From Candidatus Omnitrophota bacterium (GTDB taxonomy: Bacteria; Omnitrophota; Omnitrophia; Omnitrophales; Aquincolibacteriaceae): 64,000 nucleotides of DNA. A program made the position numbers and the translations under genes. Under the pieces are notes generated by a model. It saw nothing but the letters and a program-made list of their open reading frames with translations. It did no database searches and was not told the origin of the DNA. The DNA lies in contig DAOSLF010000002.1 in NCBI GenBank assembly GCA_035368605.1, positions 12,023 through 76,022 of the forward strand, written 5' to 3'. How positions within the stretch are numbered: position 1 is the first letter of the stretch; each line of letters opens with the position of its first letter. Positions 1 to 9,786 of this stretch are shown here, one piece after another.

Positions 1-1
1 T

Positions 2-298
2 GTCCCGGGATGCCCTCCCCGTCCCGAAGCGCTCCTCTACGGACTCATGGAACTTCAGAAAAAGATCGATTCCCAGACGTTCACGAAAGCCGAATGGTAC
101 CAGAAGGGGCTCAAGCGCGAGTTCCCGGTTCCCGAACTTGGCCCGAACGGTCTTATTCCGAAATTCAATCCCGAAATCTGGCAACCGCGGGAGCAGGACG
201 CGCGAAAAACCCGTTACGGGCAGACGGTCCTGACCGGAAAAAAACAGAAAGCCCCGAGACTGGAGCCGGTCGCGGTACCGCCTCCTCCGGCGGCATAG
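2..298 (+). CDS. nuoB: NADH-quinone oxidoreductase subunit B, partial (5' end outside window). The window opens inside the conserved [22 protein letters not shown] motif, followed by a ~75-aa C-terminal tail.
   Basis: Translation of the frame starting at nt 2 gives [11 protein letters not shown]..., the [4Fe-4S] N2 ligand region of NuoB. It is immediately upstream of nuoC and nuoD. Confidence 0.85.
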   Translation, partial: VPGCPPRPEALLYGLMELQKKIDSQTFTKAEWYQKGLKREFPVPELGPNGLIPKFNPEIWQPREQDARKTRYGQTVLTGKKQKAPRLEPVAVPPPPAA

Positions 299-304
299 AT
301 TCCA

Positions 305-892
305 ATGGATACTCAGATCAGCGAAGTCAAAACACAGCTGGAAACAGGATTGCCGGACGTAAAACTCCGCACGATCGGAAATTCAATCCTCCTGGAAAAC
401 CCCGAGGATCTTGTCCGCGCCGCATTTTTCCTCAAGGAAGCCCCGGCCTTCCGGCTGGATTATCTTTCCTCGATCACGGCGGCCGATTATCTCGATTATC
501 TCGAATCGGTCTATCATCTTTATTCGATGGAAAAGAAAACCGGGCCGATCGTTCTCCGTGTCCGTGTCAAACGCGAAGCCCCCAGGGTCCCGTCACTCGT
601 TCCGGTCTACCGGAGCGCGGACCTTCAGGAGCGCGAAGCCTACGACACATTCGGCATCGTCTATGAGGGCCATCCCGACCTCCGCCGTCTCTTCCTCTGG
701 GAAGGTTTTGAAGGCTATCCCCTGCGCAAGGATTACCGCCAGGAGGATACCGACGTCCTCGAAATCGCGGACATCGAGTGGCTCGAAAAACACGGGGTGA
801 ACGTCCCCGAAAAGTTCAAAACCCAGGCGCGGGAACTGGCCGCCGCCGGCAAGCGCGCGCTGTCCGAAAAACCGGCACAGCCCCGGAACTAA
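305..892 (+). CDS. nuoC: NADH-quinone oxidoreductase subunit C (30 kDa subunit)
   Basis: 195-aa ORF with NuoC signatures ([36 protein letters not shown]), located between nuoB and nuoD. Confidence 0.9.
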   Translation: MDTQISEVKTQLETGLPDVKLRTIGNSILLENPEDLVRAAFFLKEAPAFRLDYLSSITAADYLDYLESVYHLYSMEKKTGPIVLRVRVKREAPRVPSLVPVYRSADLQEREAYDTFGIVYEGHPDLRRLFLWEGFEGYPLRKDYRQEDTDVLEIADIEWLEKHGVNVPEKFKTQARELAAAGKRALSEKPAQPRN

Positions 893-896
893 GATC

Positions 897-2033
897 ATGA
901 GCGAAACGATCCTGAACGAACCGCAGACACTGGAGATCAACTTCGGCCCCCAGCATCCGTCCACGCATGGCGTCTTCCGCATGCGCGCGGTCCTCGACGG
1001 CGAAACGATCCGCGGCCTCAAGCTCGTGATCGGCTACCTTCACCGGAACCATGAACAGATCGCCGAGAACCTGACGTATCCGGGCGTTTTCGCCTACACG
1101 GACCGTCTGGATTATCTCAACTCCATGCAGAACAATTTCGGGTACGCCCTCGCGGCCGAAAAACTCGCCGGCATCACGGTACCGGAACGCGCGGAGTATA
1201 TCCGCGTCATCATGGCCGAGCTCGCGAGGATCGTGAACCACCTCCTGCTCGTCGGCTTTCTCCTGAACGATCTCGGCGCGTTCTTCACCCCCTGCCTGTA
1301 TGCGGTCCGCGAGCGCGAACGGATCCTCGACATCTTCGAGGACGTTTCGGGCTCGCGCATGATGTGCAATTACTTCCGCTTCGGCGGCGTCAAAAACGAC
1401 CTGACGGAAAATCAGCTCGGGGAGATCAGGAAAGTCGTTTCCCGTCTTCCCGCGTTCCTCGACGAGTTCGAAGCGCTTCTCTCGAAGAACGAGATTCTCT
1501 GCATGCGTTGCCAGAACGTGGGCGGGCTCCCGAAGGACCTCGCCGTGAACGCCGGCATCACGGGCCCGATGCTCCGCGCTTCGGGCATCAACTACGATAT
1601 TCGCAAGACCGACCGCTATTCGATCTATGACCGCTTCGACTTCAAGGTCCCGCTCGGACAAAAAGGCGACGTCTATGACCGTTACTATGTCCGCATTCTC
1701 GAAATGCGCGAAAGCGTGAAAATCGTCGAACAGGCGATTGCCGGGATTCCCCGGGGAGAGTTCCTGAACGCCAAGACGCTTCCGCTCCTCAGGAATCCGC
1801 GGCTCTTCAAACCCGCCGCCGGAGAAGCGTACGGCCGAATCGAGTCTCCCAAGGGCGAGCTCGGCTATTACCTCGTGAGTGACGGGACACCGCAGCCGTG
1901 GCGCTATCACGTGCGCGCCCCTTCCCTCATCAATCTTACGGTGCTTGAGGAGATGTGCGTCGGTCAGAAGATCGCCGACGCAATCGTCATTCTCGGGAGC
2001 ATCGATATCGTGCTCGGGGAGACGGACCGATGA
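897..2033 (+). CDS. nuoD: NADH-quinone oxidoreductase subunit D (49 kDa subunit). It has no NiFe-ligand cysteines, so this is complex I rather than a hydrogenase.
   Basis: 378 aa. N-terminal [19 protein letters not shown]-terminal [18 protein letters not shown] at 897 verified in the sequence. Its stop overlaps the nuoI start (ATGA). Confidence 0.95.
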   Translation: MSETILNEPQTLEINFGPQHPSTHGVFRMRAVLDGETIRGLKLVIGYLHRNHEQIAENLTYPGVFAYTDRLDYLNSMQNNFGYALAAEKLAGITVPERAEYIRVIMAELARIVNHLLLVGFLLNDLGAFFTPCLYAVRERERILDIFEDVSGSRMMCNYFRFGGVKNDLTENQLGEIRKVVSRLPAFLDEFEALLSKNEILCMRCQNVGGLPKDLAVNAGITGPMLRASGINYDIRKTDRYSIYDRFDFKVPLGQKGDVYDRYYVRILEMRESVKIVEQAIAGIPRGEFLNAKTLPLLRNPRLFKPAAGEAYGRIESPKGELGYYLVSDGTPQPWRYHVRAPSLINLTVLEEMCVGQKIADAIVILGSIDIVLGETDR

Positions 2034-2635
2034 CCCGCCCGCAGATCGCCAAGGAAAAGAACCCCGTCTTCGGGACCGGCATCCTCCAGGGGATGTGGGT
2101 CACGATGAAGAACTTCATCGACTCCTACTTCAAAAAAGCGGACCAGGGCGGCATCTTCACGATCCAGTATCCGGAAGAGCTCTGCAGAATCTCCGAAAAT
2201 TCGCGGAACTTCCCTTTCCTCGTTTACGACGCGGCCCCCGATTCGCCGCGCTGCACGGCCTGCGGCATCTGCGAACGCGAATGCCCCACAAAGTGCATCC
2301 ATGTCGAGATGGCGAAAGACACGGCCGGGAAACCGCTCCGCAAACCCGCGGTCTTCGAAATCGACTACGGGCTTTGCATGAACTGCGGGATGTGCGAGGA
2401 TGTCTGTCCGTTCGACTCGATCTTCATGGACCGTGTTTATGAGATCGCCGGCAGGGACCGGACAAAAGACATGCTGATTGGCAAGGACGCCCTGCTGAAA
2501 CCCAATGCCTATTTCCAGAAGATTCGCCCGAAGGACGCGGCCGATATCGATGCCAGGCGGAAAGCCGCGGAAGCGAAAAAAGCGGCGGCCGCCAGACCGG
2601 CAACCCCGCCCGACGCGGGAGGGACCGCCTCGTGA
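2030..2635 (+). CDS. nuoI: NADH-quinone oxidoreductase subunit I (2x[4Fe-4S] ferredoxin-type) with a Lys/Ala-rich C-terminal tail
   Basis: Two CxxCxxCxxxCP motifs ([24 protein letters not shown]). ATG at 2030-2032 overlaps the nuoD stop. The six-frame ORF 1955..2635 has an upstream in-frame M, but the coupled ATG at 2030 is preferred. Confidence 0.88.
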   Translation: MTRPQIAKEKNPVFGTGILQGMWVTMKNFIDSYFKKADQGGIFTIQYPEELCRISENSRNFPFLVYDAAPDSPRCTACGICERECPTKCIHVEMAKDTAGKPLRKPAVFEIDYGLCMNCGMCEDVCPFDSIFMDRVYEIAGRDRTKDMLIGKDALLKPNAYFQKIRPKDAADIDARRKAAEAKKAAAARPATPPDAGGTAS

Positions 2636-3792
2636 ACCCGGCCATGTCCTTCCTTGATTCGATTTTCGTGAACCTGAAACTCTGGACCCTGAACCTCATC
2701 GGCCATTTCCTGCCGGGTTGGGCGGTGATCCTCGCGTCCATCGTGATAAGCGGCGTCGTGATCCTCTGCCTCGGGCCCGTGATTATGATGTATCTCACAC
2801 TTCTCGAACGGAAGGTTGTCGGTCGCATGCAGAACCGCTACGGCCCGAACCGCGTGGGGCCCTGGGGGCTCCTCCAGCCGATCGCGGACGGCATCAAGAT
2901 GTTCACGAAAGAGGACATCGTCCCGACCAACGCCGACAAGGTCATCCACCTCCTCGCGCCGATTGTGATCGTGGTCCCGGCGCTGATGGTGTTTCTCGTC
3001 GTTCCCTTTGGCCGCGACATGACGGCCGCGGACCTGTCGATCGGTGTCCTTTATTTCATCGCGGTATCTTCCGTGACGACGCTTCCGATCTTCATGGGAA
3101 GCTGGGCGTCCCGGAACAAATATTCCATGATCGGGGGCATGCGTACCGCCGCCCAGATGATCTCCTACGAGGTCCCGATGACGCTTGCGGTCGTCCCGGT
3201 CATCATGATGAGCCAGAGCCTCTCAACCGCGTCGATCGTGAACGCGCAGGAAGGCCTCCGCTGGTTTGTCTTCACGCCGTGGGGTCTTGCGGGCTTCGTG
3301 ATCTTTTTCATCTGCACGGTCGCCGAATGCAACCGCCCGCCGTTCGACCTCCCCGAAGCCGAGTCCGAGCTCGTGGCGGGTTTCCACACCGAATACAGCG
3401 GTATGAAGTTCGCCCTTTTTTATATGGCCGAGTACATGAACGCTTTCACACTTTCCGCGATCGCCGTGACGCTCTTTCTCGGCGGGTGGCAGGGACCGTT
3501 CCTGCCCTCGTGGGTCTGGTTCTTCACGAAGACCTTCGCCCTTATTTTCGCGATGATCTGGTTCCGCGCGACGTTCCCCCGCTTCCGGGTGGATCAGCTG
3601 ATGGGGATCGCGTGGAAACTTCTCCTGCCGCTTACGCTCGTGAACATGCTCGTGGCAGGACTCTGGTATTTCATTCCGGGGATCACCGGCTGGGTCGGCG
3701 CCGCCGTCATCCTGGCCGTTTCGTTCCTCGGGTTGACCGCGTTGAACAAACCGGTCATTCCCGAAAAACGGGTTTATCTGCTGGAAAACTAG
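2632..3792 (+). CDS. nuoH: NADH-quinone oxidoreductase subunit H (membrane subunit)
   Basis: 386 aa with conserved GRMQNRYGPNRVGPWGLLQPIADGIKMF and multiple TM helices. GTG start at 2632 overlaps the nuoI stop; an alternative ATG lies at 2644. Confidence 0.9.
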   Translation: MNPAMSFLDSIFVNLKLWTLNLIGHFLPGWAVILASIVISGVVILCLGPVIMMYLTLLERKVVGRMQNRYGPNRVGPWGLLQPIADGIKMFTKEDIVPTNADKVIHLLAPIVIVVPALMVFLVVPFGRDMTAADLSIGVLYFIAVSSVTTLPIFMGSWASRNKYSMIGGMRTAAQMISYEVPMTLAVVPVIMMSQSLSTASIVNAQEGLRWFVFTPWGLAGFVIFFICTVAECNRPPFDLPEAESELVAGFHTEYSGMKFALFYMAEYMNAFTLSAIAVTLFLGGWQGPFLPSWVWFFTKTFALIFAMIWFRATFPRFRVDQLMGIAWKLLLPLTLVNMLVAGLWYFIPGITGWVGAAVILAVSFLGLTALNKPVIPEKRVYLLEN

Positions 3793-3851
3793 CTCGAAAA
3801 CGCTTTTTTAAAGGAACCGTTTCCGGCAACCGCTGTAAAAGAGAGTTAAAA

Positions 3852-4367
3852 ATGGACATACTGAATTTTGGGATCAAGGTCGGGATTTACGCGCTGATGG
3901 CCGGGACGCTCGTGCTCGCGGTCGGCGTGGTCACACTCAGGAACCTTTTTCATTCGGCGCTCTGTCTCGCCGCCACCCTGATCGGGACCGCGGCACTCTA
4001 TCTGGTTTTCCACGCCGAGTTCCTCGCGGCGGTCCAGATCCTGCTCTACGTCGGCGCAGTCGTCACCGTCATCATCTTCGCGATCATGCTCACCGAACAC
4101 ATCGCGGAGCGATCCGTGGCCCAGCGCAACCGGCAGAGCCTTCCGGCGCTCCTCGGCATTCTCGTGCTTATCGCCGTGACCGGCAGGATTCTCCTCAAGA
4201 CCCCGTGGGCGGTGAACCCGGCAACGGTCGGAGCGAGAGTCACCGTGGCCGACCTCGGCGCCGCGCTCATGGGCACTTACGTGTTCCCCTTCGAACTTGT
4301 TTCGGTCATCCTGATCGCGGCCCTGATCGGCGCCGTGATCGTCGCGAAGAAGGAAAAATCGTCATGA
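3852..4367 (+). CDS. nuoJ: NADH-quinone oxidoreductase subunit J
   Basis: ATG at 3852 (MDILNFGIKVGIYALMAG...) gives a 171-aa hydrophobic NuoJ-like protein. It is the in-frame C-terminal part of the 549-aa track ORF 2718..4367, whose upstream portion is an out-of-frame overlap of nuoH. Confidence 0.85.
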   Translation: MDILNFGIKVGIYALMAGTLVLAVGVVTLRNLFHSALCLAATLIGTAALYLVFHAEFLAAVQILLYVGAVVTVIIFAIMLTEHIAERSVAQRNRQSLPALLGILVLIAVTGRILLKTPWAVNPATVGARVTVADLGAALMGTYVFPFELVSVILIAALIGAVIVAKKEKSS

Positions 4368-4675
4368 TTATTCCTCTTCCGCACGTGCTTCTTTTTTCTC
4401 TCGCGCTCTTCGGGATCGGCGCTTACGGCGTCCTGACGCGACGCAATATCATCGGAATCCTGATCTCGATCGAACTCATGCTGAACGCGGCCGGCATCAA
4501 CCTGATCGCATTCTCCAAAACGACCGCTCTCGCGCCCGAAACGGGGCAAATTTTCGCGGTGTTCGTGATCGCGATCGCCGCAATGACCGCAACCGTGGGC
4601 CTCGCGATCGTCCTGGCCCTTTACCGCGCGCGGAAGACGGTCTTTGCCGATGAGGTCAATTTACTGAAATGGTAA
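4364..4675 (+). CDS. nuoK: NADH-quinone oxidoreductase subunit K
   Basis: ATG at 4364 overlaps the nuoJ stop (ATGA). 103 aa (MIIPLPHVLLFSLALFGIGAYGVLTRRNIIGILISIELMLNAAGINL), typical NuoK. Confidence 0.9.
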   Translation: MIIPLPHVLLFSLALFGIGAYGVLTRRNIIGILISIELMLNAAGINLIAFSKTTALAPETGQIFAVFVIAIAAMTATVGLAIVLALYRARKTVFADEVNLLKW

Positions 4676-4772
4676 CGCCTGTGGACAAGAAATATCTCAC
4701 ATCAAGATCCGGAAACCCCGGGAAGTTTCGTTCGTTATTCGGATTTAAAAATTCGGATTCAGGGAGCTCGTT

Positions 4773-6716
4773 ATGAACCCTGACATGATCTACCTTGTGC
4801 CCCTGCTCCCGTTCACGGCCTTCGTCGTCAACATTCTCCTCGGGGCCCGTTTCCTGAAACACCGCGCTTCCTGGCTTTCGATCGCGACAAGCGCCGCGGC
4901 CTGTGCGATCGCCCTTCCGATCTGCTTCGCAGTGTTCAAGGGCGGCCATTTCGCAGGCGAGTTCTCCTGGCTCCCGGTCGGCGGCGGTACGCTCCGGTTC
5001 GGCTACCTGATAGACCCGCTCTCGGCGTCCCTTCTCTTCATGGTCACGATCGTCGGCACCCTGATTCAGATTTACGCCTCGGGCTACATGGCGGGCGACC
5101 CGCGGTACAGCCGCTTCTTCGCCTACGTTTCCCTTTTTATGGCCGCAATGCTCACGCTCGTCATCTCGAACAACTTCATCCTCTTCTTCATGGCGTGGGA
5201 GATCATGGGGCTGTGTTCGTACCTCCTGATCGGTTTCTATTTTGAAAGGGAATCCGCAGCGAAGGCCTGTTTCAAGGCATTTCTCACGACCCGCGTCGGT
5301 GACGTCGGCTTTCTGATCGGCATGCTGACCCTCTTCACCGCGCTCGGCACCCTGAATTTTTCGGAAATCAATGGTGCGCTCGCGCACGGAAGCGCGCGCG
5401 CCGCCGTTCCGGCCTCGCTGCTTGTGATGTCCGCCCTGTTCATGTTCTGCGGGACGGTCGGGAAATCCGCGCAGTTCCCGCTGCATGTCTGGCTTCCCGA
5501 CGCGATGGAAGGCCCGACGCCCGTCAGTGCGCTTATCCATGCCGCCACGATGGTCGCGGCCGGCGTGTTCCTTGTCGCCCGCGCGTTCGTCATCTTCATG
5601 GCGGTTCCGGAGACGATGCCTGTCGTGACGGCGATCGGCTGCTTCACGGCTTTTATGGCCGCCTTCATCGCCCTCACGCAGACCGATATCAAGCGGATTC
5701 TCGCGTATTCCACGATCTCCCAGCTCGGCTACATGGTCACGGCTCTCGGCATGCAGGGGCTCGGCGCGGGAACGTTCCATCTGATCACGCACGCGTTCTT
5801 CAAGGCCCTGCTCTTCCTCGGAGCGGGGAGCGTGATCCACGGCACCCACGTCCAGGACATCCGCCAGATGGGCGGACTTTTCAGAAAAATGCCGCACACG
5901 GCGATTACGTTCATCATCGCGAGCCTTGCGCTGGCCGGCATCCCCCCGCTTTCGGGCTTCTGGTCGAAAGACGAAATCCTGTTGACGGCATTCGCCTCCG
6001 GCAACATTGTCGTTTTCTGGGTCCTGACGCTTTCGGCTTTCATGACGGCCTTCTATATGTTCCGTCTTGTTTTTATGACCTTCTTCGGGAAGGCGCGCGA
6101 CCCGCACGTGCATGCGCACGAATCGCCCGCCGTCATGACGCTTCCGCTCTGGTGTCTCGCGATCGGCTCCGTCGTGCTCGGCTTTCCCGGCTCGCCTTTC
6201 ATGCACCACTGGTTTCAGCGGTTCCTGGCCCACGCGGTACCTCATCCGGAATATCATCCGTCGGCGTTCGTGATGAGCTGTTCCGTGATCGCGGCGGTCT
6301 CCGGCATCGCGCTCGCGGGGATCATCTACCTGAAGAACGTCCATTGGGCCGAGGCGGTCGCGAAGGCCTTCCGGCCCCTTTATCAGCTTTCGCTCAACAA
6401 GTTCTATGTCGACGAAATCTACTCGCGGTTCGTGATCCGCCCCTTCCTCGCCTTGGGCCGGGTCCTTTTCCACTTCGACGCGACCGTGATCGACGGCGCG
6501 GTGAACGGCGCGGGCACGGGCTCGATGTGGCTCGGCGCGGTCAAGAACTGGTTCGACAAGAACATCGTGGACGGCCTCGTGAACTTCGTGGGCGCGTTCA
6601 CCTGTTTCCTGAATTCGGTCGTCAAACGTCTTCAGACGGGACTCGTTCAGAACTACCTGCTGATCGCGTTCCTGGGTTTTCTTGTTTTCATCATCCGGGA
6701 ACTGAAATTGATCTAA
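4773..6716 (+). CDS. nuoL: NADH-quinone oxidoreductase subunit L (antiporter-like)
   Basis: 647-aa polytopic protein with NuoL/MrpA-like motifs (WLPDAMEGPTPVSALIHAATMVAAGVFL). Confidence 0.95.
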   Translation: MNPDMIYLVPLLPFTAFVVNILLGARFLKHRASWLSIATSAAACAIALPICFAVFKGGHFAGEFSWLPVGGGTLRFGYLIDPLSASLLFMVTIVGTLIQIYASGYMAGDPRYSRFFAYVSLFMAAMLTLVISNNFILFFMAWEIMGLCSYLLIGFYFERESAAKACFKAFLTTRVGDVGFLIGMLTLFTALGTLNFSEINGALAHGSARAAVPASLLVMSALFMFCGTVGKSAQFPLHVWLPDAMEGPTPVSALIHAATMVAAGVFLVARAFVIFMAVPETMPVVTAIGCFTAFMAAFIALTQTDIKRILAYSTISQLGYMVTALGMQGLGAGTFHLITHAFFKALLFLGAGSVIHGTHVQDIRQMGGLFRKMPHTAITFIIASLALAGIPPLSGFWSKDEILLTAFASGNIVVFWVLTLSAFMTAFYMFRLVFMTFFGKARDPHVHAHESPAVMTLPLWCLAIGSVVLGFPGSPFMHHWFQRFLAHAVPHPEYHPSAFVMSCSVIAAVSGIALAGIIYLKNVHWAEAVAKAFRPLYQLSLNKFYVDEIYSRFVIRPFLALGRVLFHFDATVIDGAVNGAGTGSMWLGAVKNWFDKNIVDGLVNFVGAFTCFLNSVVKRLQTGLVQNYLLIAFLGFLVFIIRELKLI

Positions 6717-6777
6717 CGGATTAAGATTCTTCGTCCTGCGGCCGCGGAATGACGCGCCGCACCAAAAAGGAGTTTTT

Positions 6778-8259
6778 ATGACATCGCATTTACTGAGCTG
6801 GATCACCTTCACGCCGCTCCTCGGGGCATTCCTTCTGCTTTGCATACCGAAGCGGGCCCACAACTCGATCCGCTGGATCGCGCTCGCGACGACCGCGATA
6901 ACCGCGGCGCTCGTCGGCCTCGCGTTTTCCCTTTTCCGCGCCTCCGAGGCGGGGTTTCAGCTGGTCGAACGCGCGGTGTGGATTCCCCAGTTCGGCGTCC
7001 AGTACCTCCTCGGCATGGACGGTATCAGCTTCCCGATGGTCGTCCTGACGGCCCTTATCTCGCTCATGGCATGCCTCGGGTCGCTCACCCACATCCGCGT
7101 CAAGGGTGGCCGTGAAAAGGAGTACTACTTCCTGTTCCTCCTCCTCGAGACCGGCATGATGGGCACCTTTCTCGCGCTCGATCTTTTCCTGTTCTACATC
7201 TTCTGGGAGGTCGTCCTCGTACCGATGTACTTCCTGATCGGGATCTGGGGCGGACCGCGGAAAGAATATGCCGCGATCAAGTTTTTCCTCTACACACTGG
7301 CCGGCAGTCTTTTCATGCTGATCGGGATCGTCGCGGTCTACTTCGCTTCGTCGCCGCACACCTTTGACATGACCCTGCTCACAACGATGAAATACGGCCT
7401 CCTCTTCAAGAAGGTCGTGTTCCTCGCGTTCTTCCTCGGTTTTGCGATCAAGGTTCCGGTCTTCCCGTTCCACACATGGCTTCCCGACGCGCACGTCGAG
7501 GCCCCGACGCCGATCTCGGTCATTCTGGCGGGTGTGCTCCTCAAGATGGGCACCTACGGGTTCCTGCGCTTCAGTTACCCGCTTTTTCCGGACGCGGCCC
7601 GCTGGTTTCAGCCGGCCATGGGCGTCCTCGCGGTCGTAGGCATCATCTACGGCGGCTTCATCGCGCTCGCGCAAACGGATTTCAAGAAAATGGTCGCCTA
7701 TTCCAGCGTGAGCCACATGGGGTTCGTCCTGCTCGGTCTCGCCGCCATGAACGCGGACGGCTTCCGGGGAGCCTTGCTTCAGATGTTCAATCACGGGACG
7801 ATCACGGGCGGGCTCTTCCTGCTCGTGGGCGTGCTCTATGACCGCGCGCACACCCGTGACCTGAACGACTTCGGCGGCCTTGGCGCGAAAATGCCGGTCT
7901 ACGCCGGGATTCTGACCTTCTTCTCGCTCGCGTCGCTCGGGCTCCCGGGGCTTTCCGGTTTCATCAGCGAGTTTCTTTCGCTGCTCGGGGCGTACCAGTA
8001 CTCGAAGCTCATCACCGCCCTTTCAGCGATCGGCATCCTCCTCGCGGCGGCGTATCTCCTTTACATGATCCAGAGGGTTCTGCTCGGAAAACTGAATCCG
8101 AAGTGGGCCGCGCTTCCGGACATGAACGCGCTCGAGCTTTCGACGCTTGTCCCGCTCATGGTCTTCATCGTCGCGATCGGTCTTTATCCGAAGATCATTC
8201 TTGAATACATGATCCCGACACTTGACGGACTTCTCGGAACCATCAGGGGGGGCATCTAG
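6778..8259 (+). CDS. nuoM: NADH-quinone oxidoreductase subunit M
   Basis: 493 aa with the NuoM motif (FHTWLPDAHVEAPTPISVILAGVLLKMGTYGFLRF). Confidence 0.95.
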   Translation: MTSHLLSWITFTPLLGAFLLLCIPKRAHNSIRWIALATTAITAALVGLAFSLFRASEAGFQLVERAVWIPQFGVQYLLGMDGISFPMVVLTALISLMACLGSLTHIRVKGGREKEYYFLFLLLETGMMGTFLALDLFLFYIFWEVVLVPMYFLIGIWGGPRKEYAAIKFFLYTLAGSLFMLIGIVAVYFASSPHTFDMTLLTTMKYGLLFKKVVFLAFFLGFAIKVPVFPFHTWLPDAHVEAPTPISVILAGVLLKMGTYGFLRFSYPLFPDAARWFQPAMGVLAVVGIIYGGFIALAQTDFKKMVAYSSVSHMGFVLLGLAAMNADGFRGALLQMFNHGTITGGLFLLVGVLYDRAHTRDLNDFGGLGAKMPVYAGILTFFSLASLGLPGLSGFISEFLSLLGAYQYSKLITALSAIGILLAAAYLLYMIQRVLLGKLNPKWAALPDMNALELSTLVPLMVFIVAIGLYPKIILEYMIPTLDGLLGTIRGGI

Positions 8260-9672
8260 GTGGGACCCGTCGAAAGCCTGCGGCACTTCATTCCCGAACT
8301 TGTCCTTTTAGGCGGCGCCTTTACGGCGTTCTTTCTGGATTTCCTGCTGAAGAACAAGCGCCTCGTGGGATATTTCGCGCTCCTCACGATCGTCGCGGCG
8401 GCCTGTCTCTTGAAGGCGCCCCCGAAAGAGTCCCTCGATCTTTTTTACGGATTTTTCCATCTCGACGGGTTCGCGAACCTGTTCCGGGTCCTGGCCCTGA
8501 TCGCGGTCGCGGCCACGATCCTCATCGCCTTCGGCTTCTCCCCGCTCCGGGACCGTTATGAAGGCGAGTTCTACGGCCTGTTCCTTTTCATGGCGTTCGC
8601 GCTCATCACGGTGGCCGCGGCTAACAATCTGCTCATGATCTTCCTTTCGGTCGAGTTCGTGTCCATTCTTTCCTACCTGCTCGCGGGATTCCTCAAAAAC
8701 GACTTAAAGGCGAAGGAATCGGCGGTGAAATATCTCCTTTTCGGAAGCGTTTGTTCGGCCGTCATGCTCTACGGGATGTCGCTTCTTTTCGGCGCGGCGG
8801 GCTCGATCGACCTGCCCGCGATCGCGCGGGTGGTGGATTCCCCGGCGATGAAACCCCTCGGCATGATCGGGCTCCTTTGTTTTTTTGTGGGGCTCGGCTT
8901 CAAGATTTCGATGGCCCCGTTCCACATGTGGGCGCCGGACGTCTACGAGGGCGCGCCCACCCCGGTCACGGCGTTCCTCACGGTCGCTCCCAAGGCGCTC
9001 GGCTTCGCGGTGCTGATGCGCGTGCTCGCGTCCGTTTTCGGAGAGTCGTATCGGGATTGGCGACAGGTCCTTATGTGGCTCTCGATCCTGACAATGACGC
9101 TCGGGAACCTCACGGCCATCTCGCAAACGAACATCAAGCGCTTCCTCGCCTATTCGAGCATCGCGCAGGCGGGCTATATTCTGATGGGCCTCGCCGTGTT
9201 CCCTTCGCCGCTCGGCAAGGACGGGGTCCTCATATATCTTTTCGCCTATCTTTTCACGAACCTCGGGGCGTTCGCGGTGGTGTCATCCGTCGGCGACCGG
9301 ACCGGGAGCGATGAGATCGCCTCCTATTCGGGGCTTTCCGAGCGCGCACCGGTGTCGGCGGCCCTCATGACCGTCTTCCTGCTCTCCCTGACCGGCATCC
9401 CGCCGCTCGCGGGATTCCTCGCGAAATATTACGTTTTTGCCGCCGCCGTCGAGGCCCGGTTCATCACCCTCGTCGTCGTCGCGGCCGTCAATAGTGCCGT
9501 CGCGGCCTATTACTATTTCCGTGTCATCCGGACCATGTACCTCGTGCCCGCCGATCAGCCCGCGCTCCCGAAACCGCCCGTCTCCGCCGCCGCCGTGACA
9601 TGGCTCATGGCCGCCGGCGTCCTCGGCATCGGCCTTTTCCCCGGTTTCTTCATCAAGCTCATCCTCGGATAA
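8260..9672 (+). CDS. nuoN: NADH-quinone oxidoreductase subunit N
   Basis: 470 aa with the NuoN motif (PFHMWAPDVYEGAPTPVTAFL). GTG start directly abuts the nuoM stop. Confidence 0.9.
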   Translation: MGPVESLRHFIPELVLLGGAFTAFFLDFLLKNKRLVGYFALLTIVAAACLLKAPPKESLDLFYGFFHLDGFANLFRVLALIAVAATILIAFGFSPLRDRYEGEFYGLFLFMAFALITVAAANNLLMIFLSVEFVSILSYLLAGFLKNDLKAKESAVKYLLFGSVCSAVMLYGMSLLFGAAGSIDLPAIARVVDSPAMKPLGMIGLLCFFVGLGFKISMAPFHMWAPDVYEGAPTPVTAFLTVAPKALGFAVLMRVLASVFGESYRDWRQVLMWLSILTMTLGNLTAISQTNIKRFLAYSSIAQAGYILMGLAVFPSPLGKDGVLIYLFAYLFTNLGAFAVVSSVGDRTGSDEIASYSGLSERAPVSAALMTVFLLSLTGIPPLAGFLAKYYVFAAAVEARFITLVVVAAVNSAVAAYYYFRVIRTMYLVPADQPALPKPPVSAAAVTWLMAAGVLGIGLFPGFFIKLILG

Positions 9673-9734
9673 GCCCGGAATTAAAATCGGGGTCACACCC
9701 CGAATTTATTCACCGCCGAAATCTCCGCAAAGCA

Positions 9735-9773
9735 AAAAAGGCCGGGCGCCTGATAAGGGCACCCGGCCTTTTT
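9735..9773. terminator. Bidirectional rho-independent terminator between nuoN and the convergent - strand ORF
   Basis: AAAAAA, then GGCCGGGCGCC (9740-9750), an 8-nt loop, GGCACCCGGCC (9758-9768) and TTTTT. A tract on one side and T tract on the other, with one C/A mismatch in the stem. Confidence 0.6.
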
Positions 9774-9786
9774 ACCCAAACTTCTC

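Noticed and set aside
2718-4367. 549-aa + strand ORF spanning nuoH and nuoJ
   Set aside because: Upstream of nt 3852 it is an out-of-frame (Arg/Pro/Gly-rich) overlap of nuoH. Only the last 171 aa (nuoJ) are real and are reported separately.
4656-6863. 735-aa ORF on the - strand
   Set aside because: Antisense to the well-supported nuoL. The protein is an extreme Arg/Glu/Asp/His-rich low-complexity translation typical of a GC-rich shadow frame.
6790-7851. 353-aa - strand ORF
   Set aside because: Antisense to nuoM. The product is an Arg/Glu/Asp-rich shadow frame.
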